DNA of 64,000 nt from an uncultured Erysipelotrichaceae bacterium (GTDB taxonomy: Bacteria > Bacillota_I > Bacilli_A > RFN20 > CAG-826): assembly GCA_902802355.1 (NCBI GenBank), contig CADCLU010000002.1:27573-91572 (forward strand), written 5' to 3'. The number at the start of each line of letters is the position of its first letter. Within the stretch, counting starts at the first letter, position 1. Positions 1 to 9,914 of the stretch are shown piece by piece. A model generated the notes under the pieces. It searched no databases. It had not been told where the DNA came from and saw only the letters and a list, made by a program, of their open reading frames with translations. A program made the translations under genes and the position numbers.

Positions 1-1391
1 TTGTCGGCAAAAGCGACTGTGTATTCGACCTTTTCTATGGGGTCGATTACCACTCACATTTAGGTACTAGAAGAGCGGGTTTGGCCGTCTTGAATGATGA
101 TGGCAAAATCACCAAAGCAATCCATAAGATTGAGAATTCACCTTTCAGAACCAAATTCGAGAAAGAAGCGATGGCGATGAAAGGCAAGATGGGCATCGGA
201 TGCATTTCCGATTTCGATTCCCAGCCTCTCGTCGTGAGATCGAACCATGGCACCTACGCCATCACATGCGTTGGCAAAATCAACAATTCCAAAGAACTCG
301 AAGAAAAATTCCTTAATAACAACGCCCACTTCCTTGAAACCTCAACCGGCGACATCAATAGCACAGAGCTCGTCGCCAGCATCATCAACCAAAAGAAAAA
401 CCTTATTGAGGGTTTGCAATATGTCCAAGAAGTCATTGAAGGCTCAATGACCATCCTCCTTCTCAACGAGAAGGGCATATACTGCTCAAGAGACAAATAC
501 GGAAGAACCCCTGTCGTCATCGGCAAGAAAGAAGACGGCACATATTGCGTCACATTCGAATCGTTCGCGTTCCTTAATTTAGGATACACGGCTTATAAGA
601 AACTCGGTCCAGGCGAGATCGACGTCATCAATGCTGAAACAGGCGTCAGAACCTTGGTGGAACCAGGAAACAAGATGCGAATCTGCACGTTCCTTTGGAT
701 TTACTATGGTTATCCGTCAACCGTCTACGAAGGACTCTCGGTCGAGAAACTTAGATGCAAGTGCGGAGAGTTCATCGCCAAGCGCGATAACGTCAAACCT
801 GATTCCGTCGCAGGCGTTCCTGATTCTGGTCTTGGAGCCGCAATCGGCTACTCAAATGCCTCAGGCATCCCATTCTCAAGGCCATTCGTCAAATACACCC
901 CTACTTGGCCTCGTTCCTTCATGCCTACGATGCAGACGAAACGTAACCTCATCGCCCACATGAAGCTCATTCCGATCCACGATTTGATCGATGGCAAGAA
1001 GCTTCTTCTCATCGATGACTCGATCGTCAGAGGCACCCAGATGAGAGAGACGACGGAATTCCTTTATAAGTCCGGCGCCGCTGAGGTTCATGTCCGTTCC
1101 TCGTGCCCTCCAATCCTTTATGCCTGCAAATACCTCAACTTCTCCGCTTCGACTAGCGACATGGAACTAATCGCTAGACGCGCCATCATGGCCCTTGAAG
1201 GAAACGTTGAGCCGGAAACGATCAAGAAATATCTCGACCCAGATGGCAAAGAATACGCCAATATGGTCGAGTACATCCGCCAAAAGCTTAACTTCACATC
1301 CCTTCGCTTCATGAGACTCGATGATCTTAAAGAAGCCGTCGAAATGGATCCTGAGAAAATCTGCACATACTGCTGGGATGGCAGAGAATAA
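1..1391 (+). CDS. purF: amidophosphoribosyltransferase (5' end outside window)
   Basis: The frame is open from nt 3 (VGKSDCVFDLFYGVDYHSHLGTRRAG precedes the first Met at 81). PRPP-binding loop LLLIDDSIVRGTQMRE. C-terminal Cys cluster CTYCWDG. A terminator follows. Confidence 0.85.
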   Translation, partial: VGKSDCVFDLFYGVDYHSHLGTRRAGLAVLNDDGKITKAIHKIENSPFRTKFEKEAMAMKGKMGIGCISDFDSQPLVVRSNHGTYAITCVGKINNSKELEEKFLNNNAHFLETSTGDINSTELVASIINQKKNLIEGLQYVQEVIEGSMTILLLNEKGIYCSRDKYGRTPVVIGKKEDGTYCVTFESFAFLNLGYTAYKKLGPGEIDVINAETGVRTLVEPGNKMRICTFLWIYYGYPSTVYEGLSVEKLRCKCGEFIAKRDNVKPDSVAGVPDSGLGAAIGYSNASGIPFSRPFVKYTPTWPRSFMPTMQTKRNLIAHMKLIPIHDLIDGKKLLLIDDSIVRGTQMRETTEFLYKSGAAEVHVRSSCPPILYACKYLNFSASTSDMELIARRAIMALEGNVEPETIKKYLDPDGKEYANMVEYIRQKLNFTSLRFMRLDDLKEAVEMDPEKICTYCWDGRE

Positions 1392-1404
1392 ACAACAAAA
1401 AACA

Positions 1405-1432
1405 AGGCTCGTAATCATACGGGCCTTTTTTG
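1405..1432 (+). terminator. rho-independent terminator after purF
   Basis: 9-bp stem aggctcgta/tacgggcct, loop atca, then TTTTTT. Confidence 0.7.
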
Positions 1433-1435
1433 TTA

Positions 1436-1472
1436 ATAAAAAAGCCACATTCAGGATTTCCCGTTTGTGGCT
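1436..1472 (-). terminator. putative terminator after purC (convergent)
   Basis: Stem gccaca/tgtggc with a T-run on the minus strand. The loop is long, so the call is weaker. Confidence 0.45.
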
Positions 1473-1482
1473 TCAAATACTA

Positions 1483-2346
1483 TTAGGCGTTAAGAGGTTT
1501 GCCGGTTAAGAGTTCGTAACCCTGGAGATATTTGGCGATGGTCTTTTCGACGACCCCTTCTGGAAGGGTCCAGTCATGCTCATGAGTCTTAAGCCAATCT
1601 CTGGCGAATTGCTTATCGAATGATGGCTGGCTCTTTCCTCTTTCGTATCCCTCAAGAGGCCAGAATCTCGATGAATCTGGAGTGAGCATTTCGTCAGCGA
1701 CGACGACTTCGCCATTCTCATCAAGACCGAATTCGAATTTGGTGTCGGCGATGATGATTCCTTTGGTGAGGGCGTAGTCGGCGCATTTCTTATAAAGGGC
1801 GATGGTGTATTCCTTGAGTTTGGTCGCGTATTCAAGGCCTTTGCCTGGGAATTCCTTTTCAAGGACCTCAACCGATCTTTCGAAGGAGATGTTCTCATCG
1901 TGATCGCCGATCTCGGCTTTGGTCGATGGGGTGTAGATCGGTTCAGGAAGCTTATCGGATTCCACTAAACCTTTAGGAAGGGTGATGCCGCAGACTGTGC
2001 CGTTTTTCTGATAGCTGGCCCAACCGCTTCCGGTGATGTAGCCACGGACGATGCATTCAATAGGAAGCATGGTGAGCTTTTTGCACATCATCGTTCTTCC
2101 TTCGAATTTCTCGTTTTGGAAGAATGGAGGCATGTCTTTGACATCGCAGCTGACCATGTGGTTCTTGCAGATGTCTTTCGTGTAATCAAACCAGAATTTC
2201 GAGATTTGGGTTAAGACTTTGCCTTTGTTGGTGACGACGTTATGTAAGATGACGTCAAAACAGCTGATGCGGTCAGTGGCGACCATGATTAAGGTGTCCC
2301 CGTTATCGTAGATCTCTCTGACTTTTCCTTCTTTGATAGGTTTCAT
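1483..2346 (-). CDS. purC: phosphoribosylaminoimidazole-succinocarboxamide (SAICAR) synthase
   Basis: N-terminus KPIKEGKVREIYDNGD, LIMVATDRISCFD and a long-form C-terminus. GGAGA lies 8 nt before the ATG at 2346. The track ORF starts at 2361. Confidence 0.85.
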   Translation of the reverse strand: MKPIKEGKVREIYDNGDTLIMVATDRISCFDVILHNVVTNKGKVLTQISKFWFDYTKDICKNHMVSCDVKDMPPFFQNEKFEGRTMMCKKLTMLPIECIVRGYITGSGWASYQKNGTVCGITLPKGLVESDKLPEPIYTPSTKAEIGDHDENISFERSVEVLEKEFPGKGLEYATKLKEYTIALYKKCADYALTKGIIIADTKFEFGLDENGEVVVADEMLTPDSSRFWPLEGYERGKSQPSFDKQFARDWLKTHEHDWTLPEGVVEKTIAKYLQGYELLTGKPLNA

Positions 2347-2452
2347 TTTTGATATCTCCATTTATATCAATTTGATTATATGTTCTCTTGTTTCAATTCA
2401 AACATAATAGCGGTTACATTGATAAAAATTCCTAAGCGGTCTTTTAATCAAC

Positions 2453-2480
2453 AAAGAAAAAACCACTGGATTTGCAGTGG
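2453..2480 (-). terminator. rho-independent terminator
   Basis: Stem ccactg/cagtgg followed by a T-run on the minus strand, directly after the stop of the 2486-3094 gene. Confidence 0.55.
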
Positions 2481-2485
2481 ATTTT

Positions 2486-3094
2486 CTATTTTTCGGCTTG
2501 TTTTTTGCGTTTTTCGAGCTCGATGTTGTTGTTGTATATGGCGATCAGTCTTGGAAGGTTGTACTTCAAGATGAATGCAGGAAGAACAATCAAGATGGCG
2601 TTTACGATGGCGACTGGGAGGGCAATCGTTAACCAGAGGTTTGATTCCCCAGTGTACATCCTCCAGTCACAGAGGATGATGAGGAAGGAAGCGGGAACAC
2701 TATAGAAGTGAATGGCGACTCCATATCTCGCCTCCAAGATGAAGCGGGAGATGTATTCGTTGTCGAATGGGGTCGCGACCTTGTTCTTATGGAATCCGGT
2801 GAAATTACCGAGCTCAGGAACGAAGTCCTTCCACTTATGCACTTTGAGGAAGCGGTAGAACTTAAGTTCTCTCTCGCTGGTTTTGAATATTCCTTTGTCT
2901 TGTTGGAACCATCTCTCAGGCATTTTCCTGATAACAATGGCCACGATGGCATCCACGATGACGGCCACAACCGTGAAACCAAGGGTGAAAAGGATATAGA
3001 CCCACCACCCATCTTGGTAAAGAGGGTTAAAGAAAATGTTCAAAGCGGAGACAAGGGCAACGCCAACGAAGATGGTGATGAGATATAGAACCAT
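2486..3094 (-). CDS. polytopic membrane protein, function unknown (possibly CrtO-like acyltransferase family)
   Basis: 202-aa ORF with several TM helices and a KVHKWKDFVPELG motif. Its start abuts the stop of the upstream gene. Confidence 0.6.
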   Translation of the reverse strand: MVLYLITIFVGVALVSALNIFFNPLYQDGWWVYILFTLGFTVVAVIVDAIVAIVIRKMPERWFQQDKGIFKTSERELKFYRFLKVHKWKDFVPELGNFTGFHKNKVATPFDNEYISRFILEARYGVAIHFYSVPASFLIILCDWRMYTGESNLWLTIALPVAIVNAILIVLPAFILKYNLPRLIAIYNNNIELEKRKKQAEK

Positions 3095-4917
3095 TATTCT
3101 TCCTCTTTGGTGAGATAGGTCAAAGGCTCTCCATAGGTCTTCTCATAGACCTCTTTCCAGCGTTTCTCGTTCTCTCTAAGCATATGGGCGACATTCTCTT
3201 GTTGGCTTAAGGAATCATCTGGATAGATCGGTTCCATGATGTGCATGGTATAGGCCTGAACGTAAGCGCCCGATTCCTCGGTCTTTTCAGTATCACGCAT
3301 GGTGATGAAGGTTGGGATGACTGGGACGTTATTCTTCGCAGCGAAGATGAAAGCGCCTGGCTTCAAAGGTTTTGGTTTGCGGTAGTTCCACCACATCGAC
3401 TGCTCTGGGTAGATGAGGATGAAATTGCCTTTCTTGAGGATGGTGTCGACGGACTTGAGGAAATCCCTCATGACGGTTGGGTTCATCGCCAAAGGAAGGG
3501 TGTTACAGTTTCTTAAGAAGTAACCATAAAGGCCAGGCATCGTGTAGTTGCCTTCCCTGATGATCTTGAAGAGCTTCTTGCATCTAGCGTGTTTCTTGAC
3601 CGCGAGATGGATCGGGATGCTATCGAATGGGGAGAAATGGTTGGCGGTGATGATGGCGCCTCCCTTGACGGCTTTAAGATTCTCAATGCCCTCATAGCCA
3701 TCGATGACGATATGGCCTTTCTTGATGAGGTGCTTGAAGTAAAGGTAGGAATAGTAATTGGCCCACCAGGTCTTGAATTTGCTCGACCATTTTCTTCTCA
3801 AATAGTCGACGTCTCCTGGCATAAGGCGGCGGAATGGCGGATCGTTTTCGACATCGATATCGAATTTGCCTTCTCTTTCGAGCTCAGCGATCTTGTCGAC
3901 GATCTCCTGTCTTTCTTTGGTGAGCTTAGGAACGTTGACCTTGCCCTGTCTGACTTTCATCTCGATGGTCTCGAAGCGTTCTTTCTTCGGGGTGCCAGTC
4001 ATCTTCTCGTGGTACTCTTCGGCTTTCTCGGCTTCTTGGTTGCAGAAAGCCTTAACTCCGTCGACGCCTTTGAGGATGTTCGCGACCACTTCAGCAGGGA
4101 TGGCGTCCCTGTTCTTGATAATCTGCTCTTTGACCCCTGCTTCTTCGGCGTATTTGAAGAAGAGCTCCTCATACATGATGTTGGTGAGGTTCCATGGCTT
4201 GAACATGAGGTTGTAATGGACGAGGAATGGATCGTTGATCTTCTCGCCTAAAGGCATGACGTTCCATCTCTTGTCGATGTATTTGACCTGGTCTTTGCAA
4301 AGGTAATTCAAAACATCCTGGTCTTGAGCGACTTTGAAGGTGACTCTGTTGATGAGATTGATGAAGCGTCTTTCAAGATTGAACTGCCTGAGCTTCTTGA
4401 GGTCCATCAAAAGGATGCCGGCGTTGAAGTATTTGGCGTGATCGATCTCTAAGACTTTCTCAACATAGTTGGAGAATTCGCTGAAAAGCTGGACGGAGGC
4501 ATCTGGTATAGCGCCTACGAGATTGTCCTCCAAATCGGTGAAATAGAGTTTGGCGACGTCTTCGTTAAGGACGATGTCGCTGTCGAGGTATAAGCATTTG
4601 CTTAAAGTTGGGAAGAGGGATGGGATGAATAGACGATAGTAGGTCGTGATTGTGTAGTAGTCACGGACGTCTAATTTGACGGATAAAGAGTTGACCTTGA
4701 TGTTGACGTTAAAGAACGAGATGAAGATCTTCTCGTTGTCCTGGTATTTGCGGATCATCCTTTTGCTTTCCATAGAAAGACCGTCATGAAGGATGGTTAA
4801 ACGGTATTTGTATTCGCTAGAAGCGTGGGCCACGATACTGGCGATTGTTGTTGAAAGAAACGGTATATAGTTATCATCAACGGTGAAGAAGAGATGAACG
4901 ACTTTTTTCCTGACCAT
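3094..4917 (-). CDS. fusion protein: N-terminal GT8 glycosyltransferase + C-terminal lysophospholipid (PlsC-type) acyltransferase
   Basis: N-terminal half: VHLFFTVDDNY, YYRLFIPSLFP and the DxD motif LYLDSDIVL (GT8). C-terminal half: ITANHFSPFD (HxxxxD) and IYPEQSMW/PGAFIFA blocks (AGPAT/LPLAT). Confidence 0.7.
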   Translation of the reverse strand: MVRKKVVHLFFTVDDNYIPFLSTTIASIVAHASSEYKYRLTILHDGLSMESKRMIRKYQDNEKIFISFFNVNIKVNSLSVKLDVRDYYTITTYYRLFIPSLFPTLSKCLYLDSDIVLNEDVAKLYFTDLEDNLVGAIPDASVQLFSEFSNYVEKVLEIDHAKYFNAGILLMDLKKLRQFNLERRFINLINRVTFKVAQDQDVLNYLCKDQVKYIDKRWNVMPLGEKINDPFLVHYNLMFKPWNLTNIMYEELFFKYAEEAGVKEQIIKNRDAIPAEVVANILKGVDGVKAFCNQEAEKAEEYHEKMTGTPKKERFETIEMKVRQGKVNVPKLTKERQEIVDKIAELEREGKFDIDVENDPPFRRLMPGDVDYLRRKWSSKFKTWWANYYSYLYFKHLIKKGHIVIDGYEGIENLKAVKGGAIITANHFSPFDSIPIHLAVKKHARCKKLFKIIREGNYTMPGLYGYFLRNCNTLPLAMNPTVMRDFLKSVDTILKKGNFILIYPEQSMWWNYRKPKPLKPGAFIFAAKNNVPVIPTFITMRDTEKTEESGAYVQAYTMHIMEPIYPDDSLSQQENVAHMLRENEKRWKEVYEKTYGEPLTYLTKEEE

Positions 4918-5003
4918 GGTGAGAAATCTCCTAAAATCCCAACAATGATAACAAAGAAATACCCAAAAGTAATTCTATTTATATAGAATTTCTTTCAATT
5001 CAC

Positions 5004-5034
5004 AAAAAAAGACCAATGGAGCTGGCCATTGGTC
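5004..5034 (-). terminator. rho-independent terminator
   Basis: 9-bp stem gaccaatgg/ccattggtc with a 7-nt T-run on the minus strand after the 5077-6744 gene. Confidence 0.7.
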
Positions 5035-5076
5035 ATGTGAAGTTTTTACAAAATCCTTTACAAATCCTTAATGGAA

Positions 5077-6744
5077 TTAGGCTTTCATGACGTCTAAGGT
5101 GTCGAAGAGTTTAACTTCATCATCGTTGACGGTATAGACGTGATAGGAGAGAGTGTTCTCTTTGAGGGTAAGGACACCGAACATCGCGGCGTTGACGTTG
5201 CCTGTAGCAGGATCCCCTATTTCGTAACGCTGATCGGAAGTATGGCCGTTAACTGTGTATGGCTCATACTCGTTGTCCTGGGTCAAAGTACCGAGGACGG
5301 TCTTGTACTTATTGTTAACGAAGGTGTTGTTTGGGTCTAAGCCTTTCATCTCGCCGTCTTCGACAACACACTCGGCCCAGATGCCGTCTTCTGCTTCTCT
5401 GGCACCGTGACGATGTCCAGCAGCGCCGGTGATGACGTAATAGGTGCCGTTAGGGTTCTTATCGTAAGACACCTCACCCACTGTCTTCTTTGCAGGATCA
5501 AGATTGACGACGGTATTGTCATCGAAGGAGGTTGTGTAGCCTGCGGCATCCCAGCGATATGGCAAGGTTTTGCTGTATGTATGGTCATGGGCCTCAAGGA
5601 CGAGGTCGACATGCTTCTCGGAGAAGATTGGGGCTAAAGTCTCAATGATGGTGTGGGTTTCACTCTTATTGCTATGGTCGCCAGTCGTGTATGGGGAGTG
5701 ATGGATCATGACCACTTTCCATTTGGCGTTGGCGGCATTGTCCAAATCCTCTTTGAGCCAATCAAGCTGAGCGGTGCTGCTTCTGATGGTGTTGCTATCG
5801 AGGATGATGAAGTGAGCGTACTCATAATCGTATGAGTAATAGCAACCTTCTTTGGTGAAACCGGCATAATCGATATCACTCATGATGTACTGGGAATAGG
5901 CGGCACTTGGCTCGTGGTTGCCAGCGCTCGTCATATAAGCGAGGTTGATCTTGTAATCGTTGATGACGTCGAGGGCTTTGACATAAGCCTGAAGTCTTTG
6001 TGGTTTGCTTGGGCTAATGCCAGAAACGGTCCTCATATTCTGGTCGAACTGGTCGCCGTTATATAAGACCATGTCGAGATCATTGCCGGCTGTATCGACG
6101 GCTTTGGTGAAGGTATTGCGCCAAACATTGAGCTTATCTGGCTCGATGGTTTGGGCGTCGCTAAGCTCGATGGCGGTTATGGAAGATGGGTGTTCTTTCT
6201 CCACCACAAACGCACCGTAGTAATAATGGTCAGGCGCGCCGACTTTATAGCTATAGGCTTTGCCTTTCTCGAGATTCTCGACGTGAACCTTATGGGAATT
6301 GAGAGTGAGCTCCATGCTGCTGCTAGAGCCTTTTCCATCGGGGATATCGCTATCGGTGAAGGAGACGGTTCCATTGGTCTTGGAGACGAATTCCTGAGTG
6401 ACGCCACTAATAAGTTCGGCGCCAGAGAAATCTGCCTGCTCCCCTTTATCCGATTTCACAAGATAAAGCTCAGTCTCTTCGACGGTGTTATCGGTGAGCC
6501 AGGAGAAGCCGCGGGAATAGACGCCGTTATAGTAAGTAAGGTTGAATCCCTTTGGATCTTGGCCAATGTCATAGGTCAAAAAATCCCCATCAAATTCCGG
6601 ACGGACGATGTTGTAGGTTTCTTCTTCTGAGCTCGCCGGAGCCACGCTGGAAGCAGTGGCTTCAAGGTAACAGCCCGCAAGCAAAACGCAGGCACAGGAA
6701 AGAACGACCTCAAAATTGATTAATCTAATCTTTTTGTTTCTCAT
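5077..6744 (-). CDS. secreted lipoprotein, calcineurin-like metallophosphoesterase (purple-acid-phosphatase-like)
   Basis: Lipobox LLAGC. Metallophosphoesterase motifs GDQFD, SAGNHE, MIHHSPY and EAHDHTY. Confidence 0.75.
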   Translation of the reverse strand: MRNKKIRLINFEVVLSCACVLLAGCYLEATASSVAPASSEEETYNIVRPEFDGDFLTYDIGQDPKGFNLTYYNGVYSRGFSWLTDNTVEETELYLVKSDKGEQADFSGAELISGVTQEFVSKTNGTVSFTDSDIPDGKGSSSSMELTLNSHKVHVENLEKGKAYSYKVGAPDHYYYGAFVVEKEHPSSITAIELSDAQTIEPDKLNVWRNTFTKAVDTAGNDLDMVLYNGDQFDQNMRTVSGISPSKPQRLQAYVKALDVINDYKINLAYMTSAGNHEPSAAYSQYIMSDIDYAGFTKEGCYYSYDYEYAHFIILDSNTIRSSTAQLDWLKEDLDNAANAKWKVVMIHHSPYTTGDHSNKSETHTIIETLAPIFSEKHVDLVLEAHDHTYSKTLPYRWDAAGYTTSFDDNTVVNLDPAKKTVGEVSYDKNPNGTYYVITGAAGHRHGAREAEDGIWAECVVEDGEMKGLDPNNTFVNNKYKTVLGTLTQDNEYEPYTVNGHTSDQRYEIGDPATGNVNAAMFGVLTLKENTLSYHVYTVNDDEVKLFDTLDVMKA

Positions 6745-6842
6745 AAAACCCCTTCTTTGAGAAATATTAGTTTATGAAAACTAGTTTAGTTATTGGGCCT
6801 AATAACTTCAATATGGTGCGCGACAAAAAGCCCCTGCAAAAC

Positions 6843-6860
6843 AAAAAGACCCGAAGGTCT
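6843..6860 (-). terminator. terminator after tRNA-Trp
   Basis: Short stem agacc/ggtct, loop cgaa, then TTTTTGTTTT on the minus strand. Confidence 0.5.
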
Positions 6861-6872
6861 TTCGTTCTGTTT

Positions 6873-6946
6873 TGGCAGGGGCGGAAGGAATCGAACCCTC
6901 ATCAAAGGTTTTGGAGACCTCTGTTCTACCACTGAACCACGCCCCT
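6873..6946 (-). tRNA. tRNA-Trp (anticodon CCA)
   Basis: Cloverleaf AGGGGCG..., anticodon loop CTCCAAA, T-loop GGTTCGATTCC, encoded CCA end. Confidence 0.9.
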
Positions 6947-6968
6947 AGGGCCTTTTCAGGCGAGTGGT

Positions 6969-6997
6969 ATTATAACCCTTATAAAAGTTGGCTACAA
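6969..6997 (-). promoter_or_regulatory. sigma-70 type promoter for tRNA-Trp
   Basis: On the minus strand: TTGTAG, 17 nt, TATAAT. It lies 22 nt upstream of the tRNA 5' end. Confidence 0.6.
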
Positions 6998-7010
6998 GGA
7001 GCAAAAGGGC

Positions 7011-8717
7011 TTATTCCATCGAAGGACGGGCTTTTTTGGATTTGAGCCTCATATCCCTGATTGGATCGATGATGAATCTCCAAAGAGCGAAGATGATAGG
7101 AAGAATCTCTAAACGTCCGAAGAACATGGCCATCGTCTCGACCCAGATGAAGCCATTGTAGGCGAGTGGGTGGGCGGCTTTATATCCGACATAATCCATC
7201 ATGGACATGCCTTCCGAGGTGAATCCGTTCATGAATTCATAGAAGCAGCGCTGGAACCATTCTGCCTGGTTGAGTCCTGGGAGAGGAGGTAAGAACATCA
7301 AGGTCATTCCTCCCACTACCGCGACGATTAAGACGAGAAGGGTGTAGTTTCTCGCTTCTTTAACTGAAGCTTCATCAACTTCTTTGAGGACGCCTAAACG
7401 CCTGACGACGCGAGGAGAGATGGTTCTATCTGAGGTGTCATGATATCTAAGGAACCAATAGAATTCCTTGCCAAGGATGCCGATACGGTACTGCTTGATG
7501 CCGCCTGCGGTCGAACCCATTCCACCGCCGATGGTCATGAAGACCCAGCCAAGGAAGAAGCAAACCGGACCAAGCTTAAGGATGGATGGGAAGTTCGCAA
7601 ATCCTGAGGTGGTGAGGGACGTGATGGTGAAATAAGTGCCATATCTCAGGGAGGAAAGGAAATCGAGTCCTTCGCCTTCGTTATAGAGATATGTCATCGA
7701 GAGAGAACAGATAAGTATGCCGACGACGAGGAGAGCGCCAGTCAAGACGATCTCGATGTCACAGAAGAAGTCTTTGAGTTTGCCTCTTAGGGCAAAGGTG
7801 TGAAGGACAAGGCTAGTCGCACCAGCAAGCATAAGGACGCAGGTGATGATCTCGATGCCAATGCTATTAGTTACCGTATAGGAGAGGTTGTTGATCTCAC
7901 CAAGCGGCATATTCTGGCAGAAGAAATAGATGGACTCCGCTCTCGTGGAGAAGCCTCCTGTTCCTAAACAGCTCATAGACGTGCATACCGCTTCAAAAGG
8001 AGGCATGCCAGCGAGCCAGAGGCTCAAAGAGCCTGCAGCGACCCATCCGGCATAGACGAGGAAGATGATCTTCGCGGATTTGGCTAAGTTAGGGACGATC
8101 TGGTCATTATGGCCTTCAGCGAAGTAGAGTTTGAAGTTCTGCCTGCTTGCGATGATCGAAGTAAGAAGAAGGACAAGACCGACGCCTCCGATGAACTGCA
8201 TGAAGGCACGGTGGAAAAGGAAGACGTGGGAATAGCCATAGGCGGAGCAGGAATCCACTCCTAACGGGCTACTTGCAACGCCATCGAGATAAGCGCTCTT
8301 TGGGAAAAGGGTGAGACCGGTGGTCGTGAATCCTGAGGTTGCTTCAAAGAAGCACTCAGAAAAGGACATGTTGAGATTGGCGGAGGCATCTCCGAAGTTG
8401 AGCCAGGAGAATCTCGTCAAGAAGAACGGCATCGCACCAGAAAGGATGGCGCCGATCCAGATAAGGACAAGAAGGACCGCGTCTTCTTTCGGACGGAAAC
8501 GCAGTTTCTCTCTTCCTGCTACGAGGAGTTTATAGAGAAGGACGCCGACTCCGATATCGATAACGGCAGGGACGATGAAGTCGAGAAGGACCTTCCACTC
8601 ACCTGGATAGAAGATGAGGGTGAGCAAAGGGAAAAGAACGACGATTCCCTCGAATGCGAGGAAAAGGCCAAGATAACCGAATACGAGTCGGAATCCCTTT
8701 GCCGGTTCTTTCTTCAT
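7011..8717 (-). CDS. TrkH/KtrB-family potassium uptake membrane protein
   Basis: 568-aa polytopic protein with repeated pore-loop-like TTTG/TGGF/TSGF segments typical of TrkH. It sits adjacent to TrkA-domain genes. Confidence 0.75.
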   Translation of the reverse strand: MKKEPAKGFRLVFGYLGLFLAFEGIVVLFPLLTLIFYPGEWKVLLDFIVPAVIDIGVGVLLYKLLVAGREKLRFRPKEDAVLLVLIWIGAILSGAMPFFLTRFSWLNFGDASANLNMSFSECFFEATSGFTTTGLTLFPKSAYLDGVASSPLGVDSCSAYGYSHVFLFHRAFMQFIGGVGLVLLLTSIIASRQNFKLYFAEGHNDQIVPNLAKSAKIIFLVYAGWVAAGSLSLWLAGMPPFEAVCTSMSCLGTGGFSTRAESIYFFCQNMPLGEINNLSYTVTNSIGIEIITCVLMLAGATSLVLHTFALRGKLKDFFCDIEIVLTGALLVVGILICSLSMTYLYNEGEGLDFLSSLRYGTYFTITSLTTSGFANFPSILKLGPVCFFLGWVFMTIGGGMGSTAGGIKQYRIGILGKEFYWFLRYHDTSDRTISPRVVRRLGVLKEVDEASVKEARNYTLLVLIVAVVGGMTLMFLPPLPGLNQAEWFQRCFYEFMNGFTSEGMSMMDYVGYKAAHPLAYNGFIWVETMAMFFGRLEILPIIFALWRFIIDPIRDMRLKSKKARPSME

Positions 8718-8730
8718 AACGCTGCCTTAA

Positions 8731-9477
8731 TTACTTTTTCTTCTTTTTGGAAGGTTTCTTTTCTTCCTTAGCTGGTTCTTCCACCGCTGGAGCCTCTTCT
8801 TTGACTTCGACGGTTGGCTTTTGTTTCTTCAAGAAACGAAGGATTTCCACTTCGTTCTCTTTGGCGCAGGCGACGACGATGGTGTCTCTTGGACGGAGGA
8901 CGAGGTCGCCGTTAGGAATGATGAAGTTATAGTCACGGACGACATAGGCGATGGAAGCGTTCTTCGGGAAGCCCATGTCCTTGATGGCTTGGTCGCAAAT
9001 CCAGTACTTTGGAAGGAGGGTAGCCTCGATCATGACGATCTTCTCATTATCAAGAGAGAGCGATTTGATGAGGGATTCCGCGTTGGATTCGTTCTTGATC
9101 GATTTGGCAAGGAGGTAGGTCGAAGAGATGACGACATCGATGCCAAGTTTCTTATAAAGGTCGACGTTTGATGGGTTTGAGACGGCGCAGATGCACTTCT
9201 TGATGTGGAAGTTCCTCTTGGCCATTAAGCAAGAGGCGAAGTTATCGGTGTCCTTTTTGCAAAGGGAAATGAAAATGTCGGCGTCATAAACGCGAGCTGC
9301 CTCAAGGATGGCGTTGTGCCATGGATCGCCGATGGTGACGGCGATGTGTTTTCTTTCCATGAGGGTCTGGGCCACCGCTTCGCTGCCATTGATGACGGTA
9401 AGGCGGTTTTCCTTGGTATTGAACATGTCGATGATGTAGGCGGCATCTGAGTCGCCGTTAGCGATTACGATATGCAT
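8731..9477 (-). CDS. TrkA/KtrA-like regulatory protein (TrkA-N + TrkA-C) with Lys/Glu-rich tail
   Basis: RCK-like N- and C-terminal domains. The C-terminus ends EEPAKEEKKPSKKKKK. Confidence 0.65.
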   Translation of the reverse strand: MHIVIANGDSDAAYIIDMFNTKENRLTVINGSEAVAQTLMERKHIAVTIGDPWHNAILEAARVYDADIFISLCKKDTDNFASCLMAKRNFHIKKCICAVSNPSNVDLYKKLGIDVVISSTYLLAKSIKNESNAESLIKSLSLDNEKIVMIEATLLPKYWICDQAIKDMGFPKNASIAYVVRDYNFIIPNGDLVLRPRDTIVVACAKENEVEILRFLKKQKPTVEVKEEAPAVEEPAKEEKKPSKKKKK

Positions 9478-9480
9478 GCT

Positions 9481-9906
9481 TTATTTCCTCTCAGCTTGTT
9501 CAATCTCGTTGAATTTGACCAAAGTAAGATCGAATGGGTAGATGGCTTTGACGTTCTGAAGTCCTTCGACGAGGGCGCCTTTGTCCGGGTCATCGAAACG
9601 CACGAAGATGCGTGGGACGGCGTAGACGAGCGAGCAGACATAGGCAAGGAAAAGGTTGACGTTATCATCGCCCGTGACGATGACGACCTGCCCTGCTGTC
9701 TTGATGTCGCAATGTTCCTCGAGGGCGAACATGTCGGTCGAGTCGGCGTTCACTTTGAAGCCGCTGAATGTGTCATCGAGGCCATAGAAGGCTTTCGGGT
9801 TTGGGTCAACGACGATGACATCTTGACCTTTGGCGGCGGCGCGGTTAGCGATACCGCTTCCGAGTCTACCTACGCCGATGACGATGGTTTTATTTTTGTT
9901 TGCCAT
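9481..9906 (-). CDS. TrkA-N (NAD-binding RCK) domain protein
   Basis: Rossmann motif VIGVGRLGSGIA...VVVD. 141 aa. Confidence 0.7.
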   Translation of the reverse strand: MANKNKTIVIGVGRLGSGIANRAAAKGQDVIVVDPNPKAFYGLDDTFSGFKVNADSTDMFALEEHCDIKTAGQVVIVTGDDNVNLFLAYVCSLVYAVPRIFVRFDDPDKGALVEGLQNVKAIYPFDLTLVKFNEIEQAERK

Positions 9907-9914
9907 AGCGCTGA

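Noticed and set aside
2347-2460. Possible purine riboswitch upstream of purC
   Set aside because: The leader is about 100 nt and AT-rich. It lacks the conserved purine-aptamer junction sequences, and only promoter-like boxes are visible.
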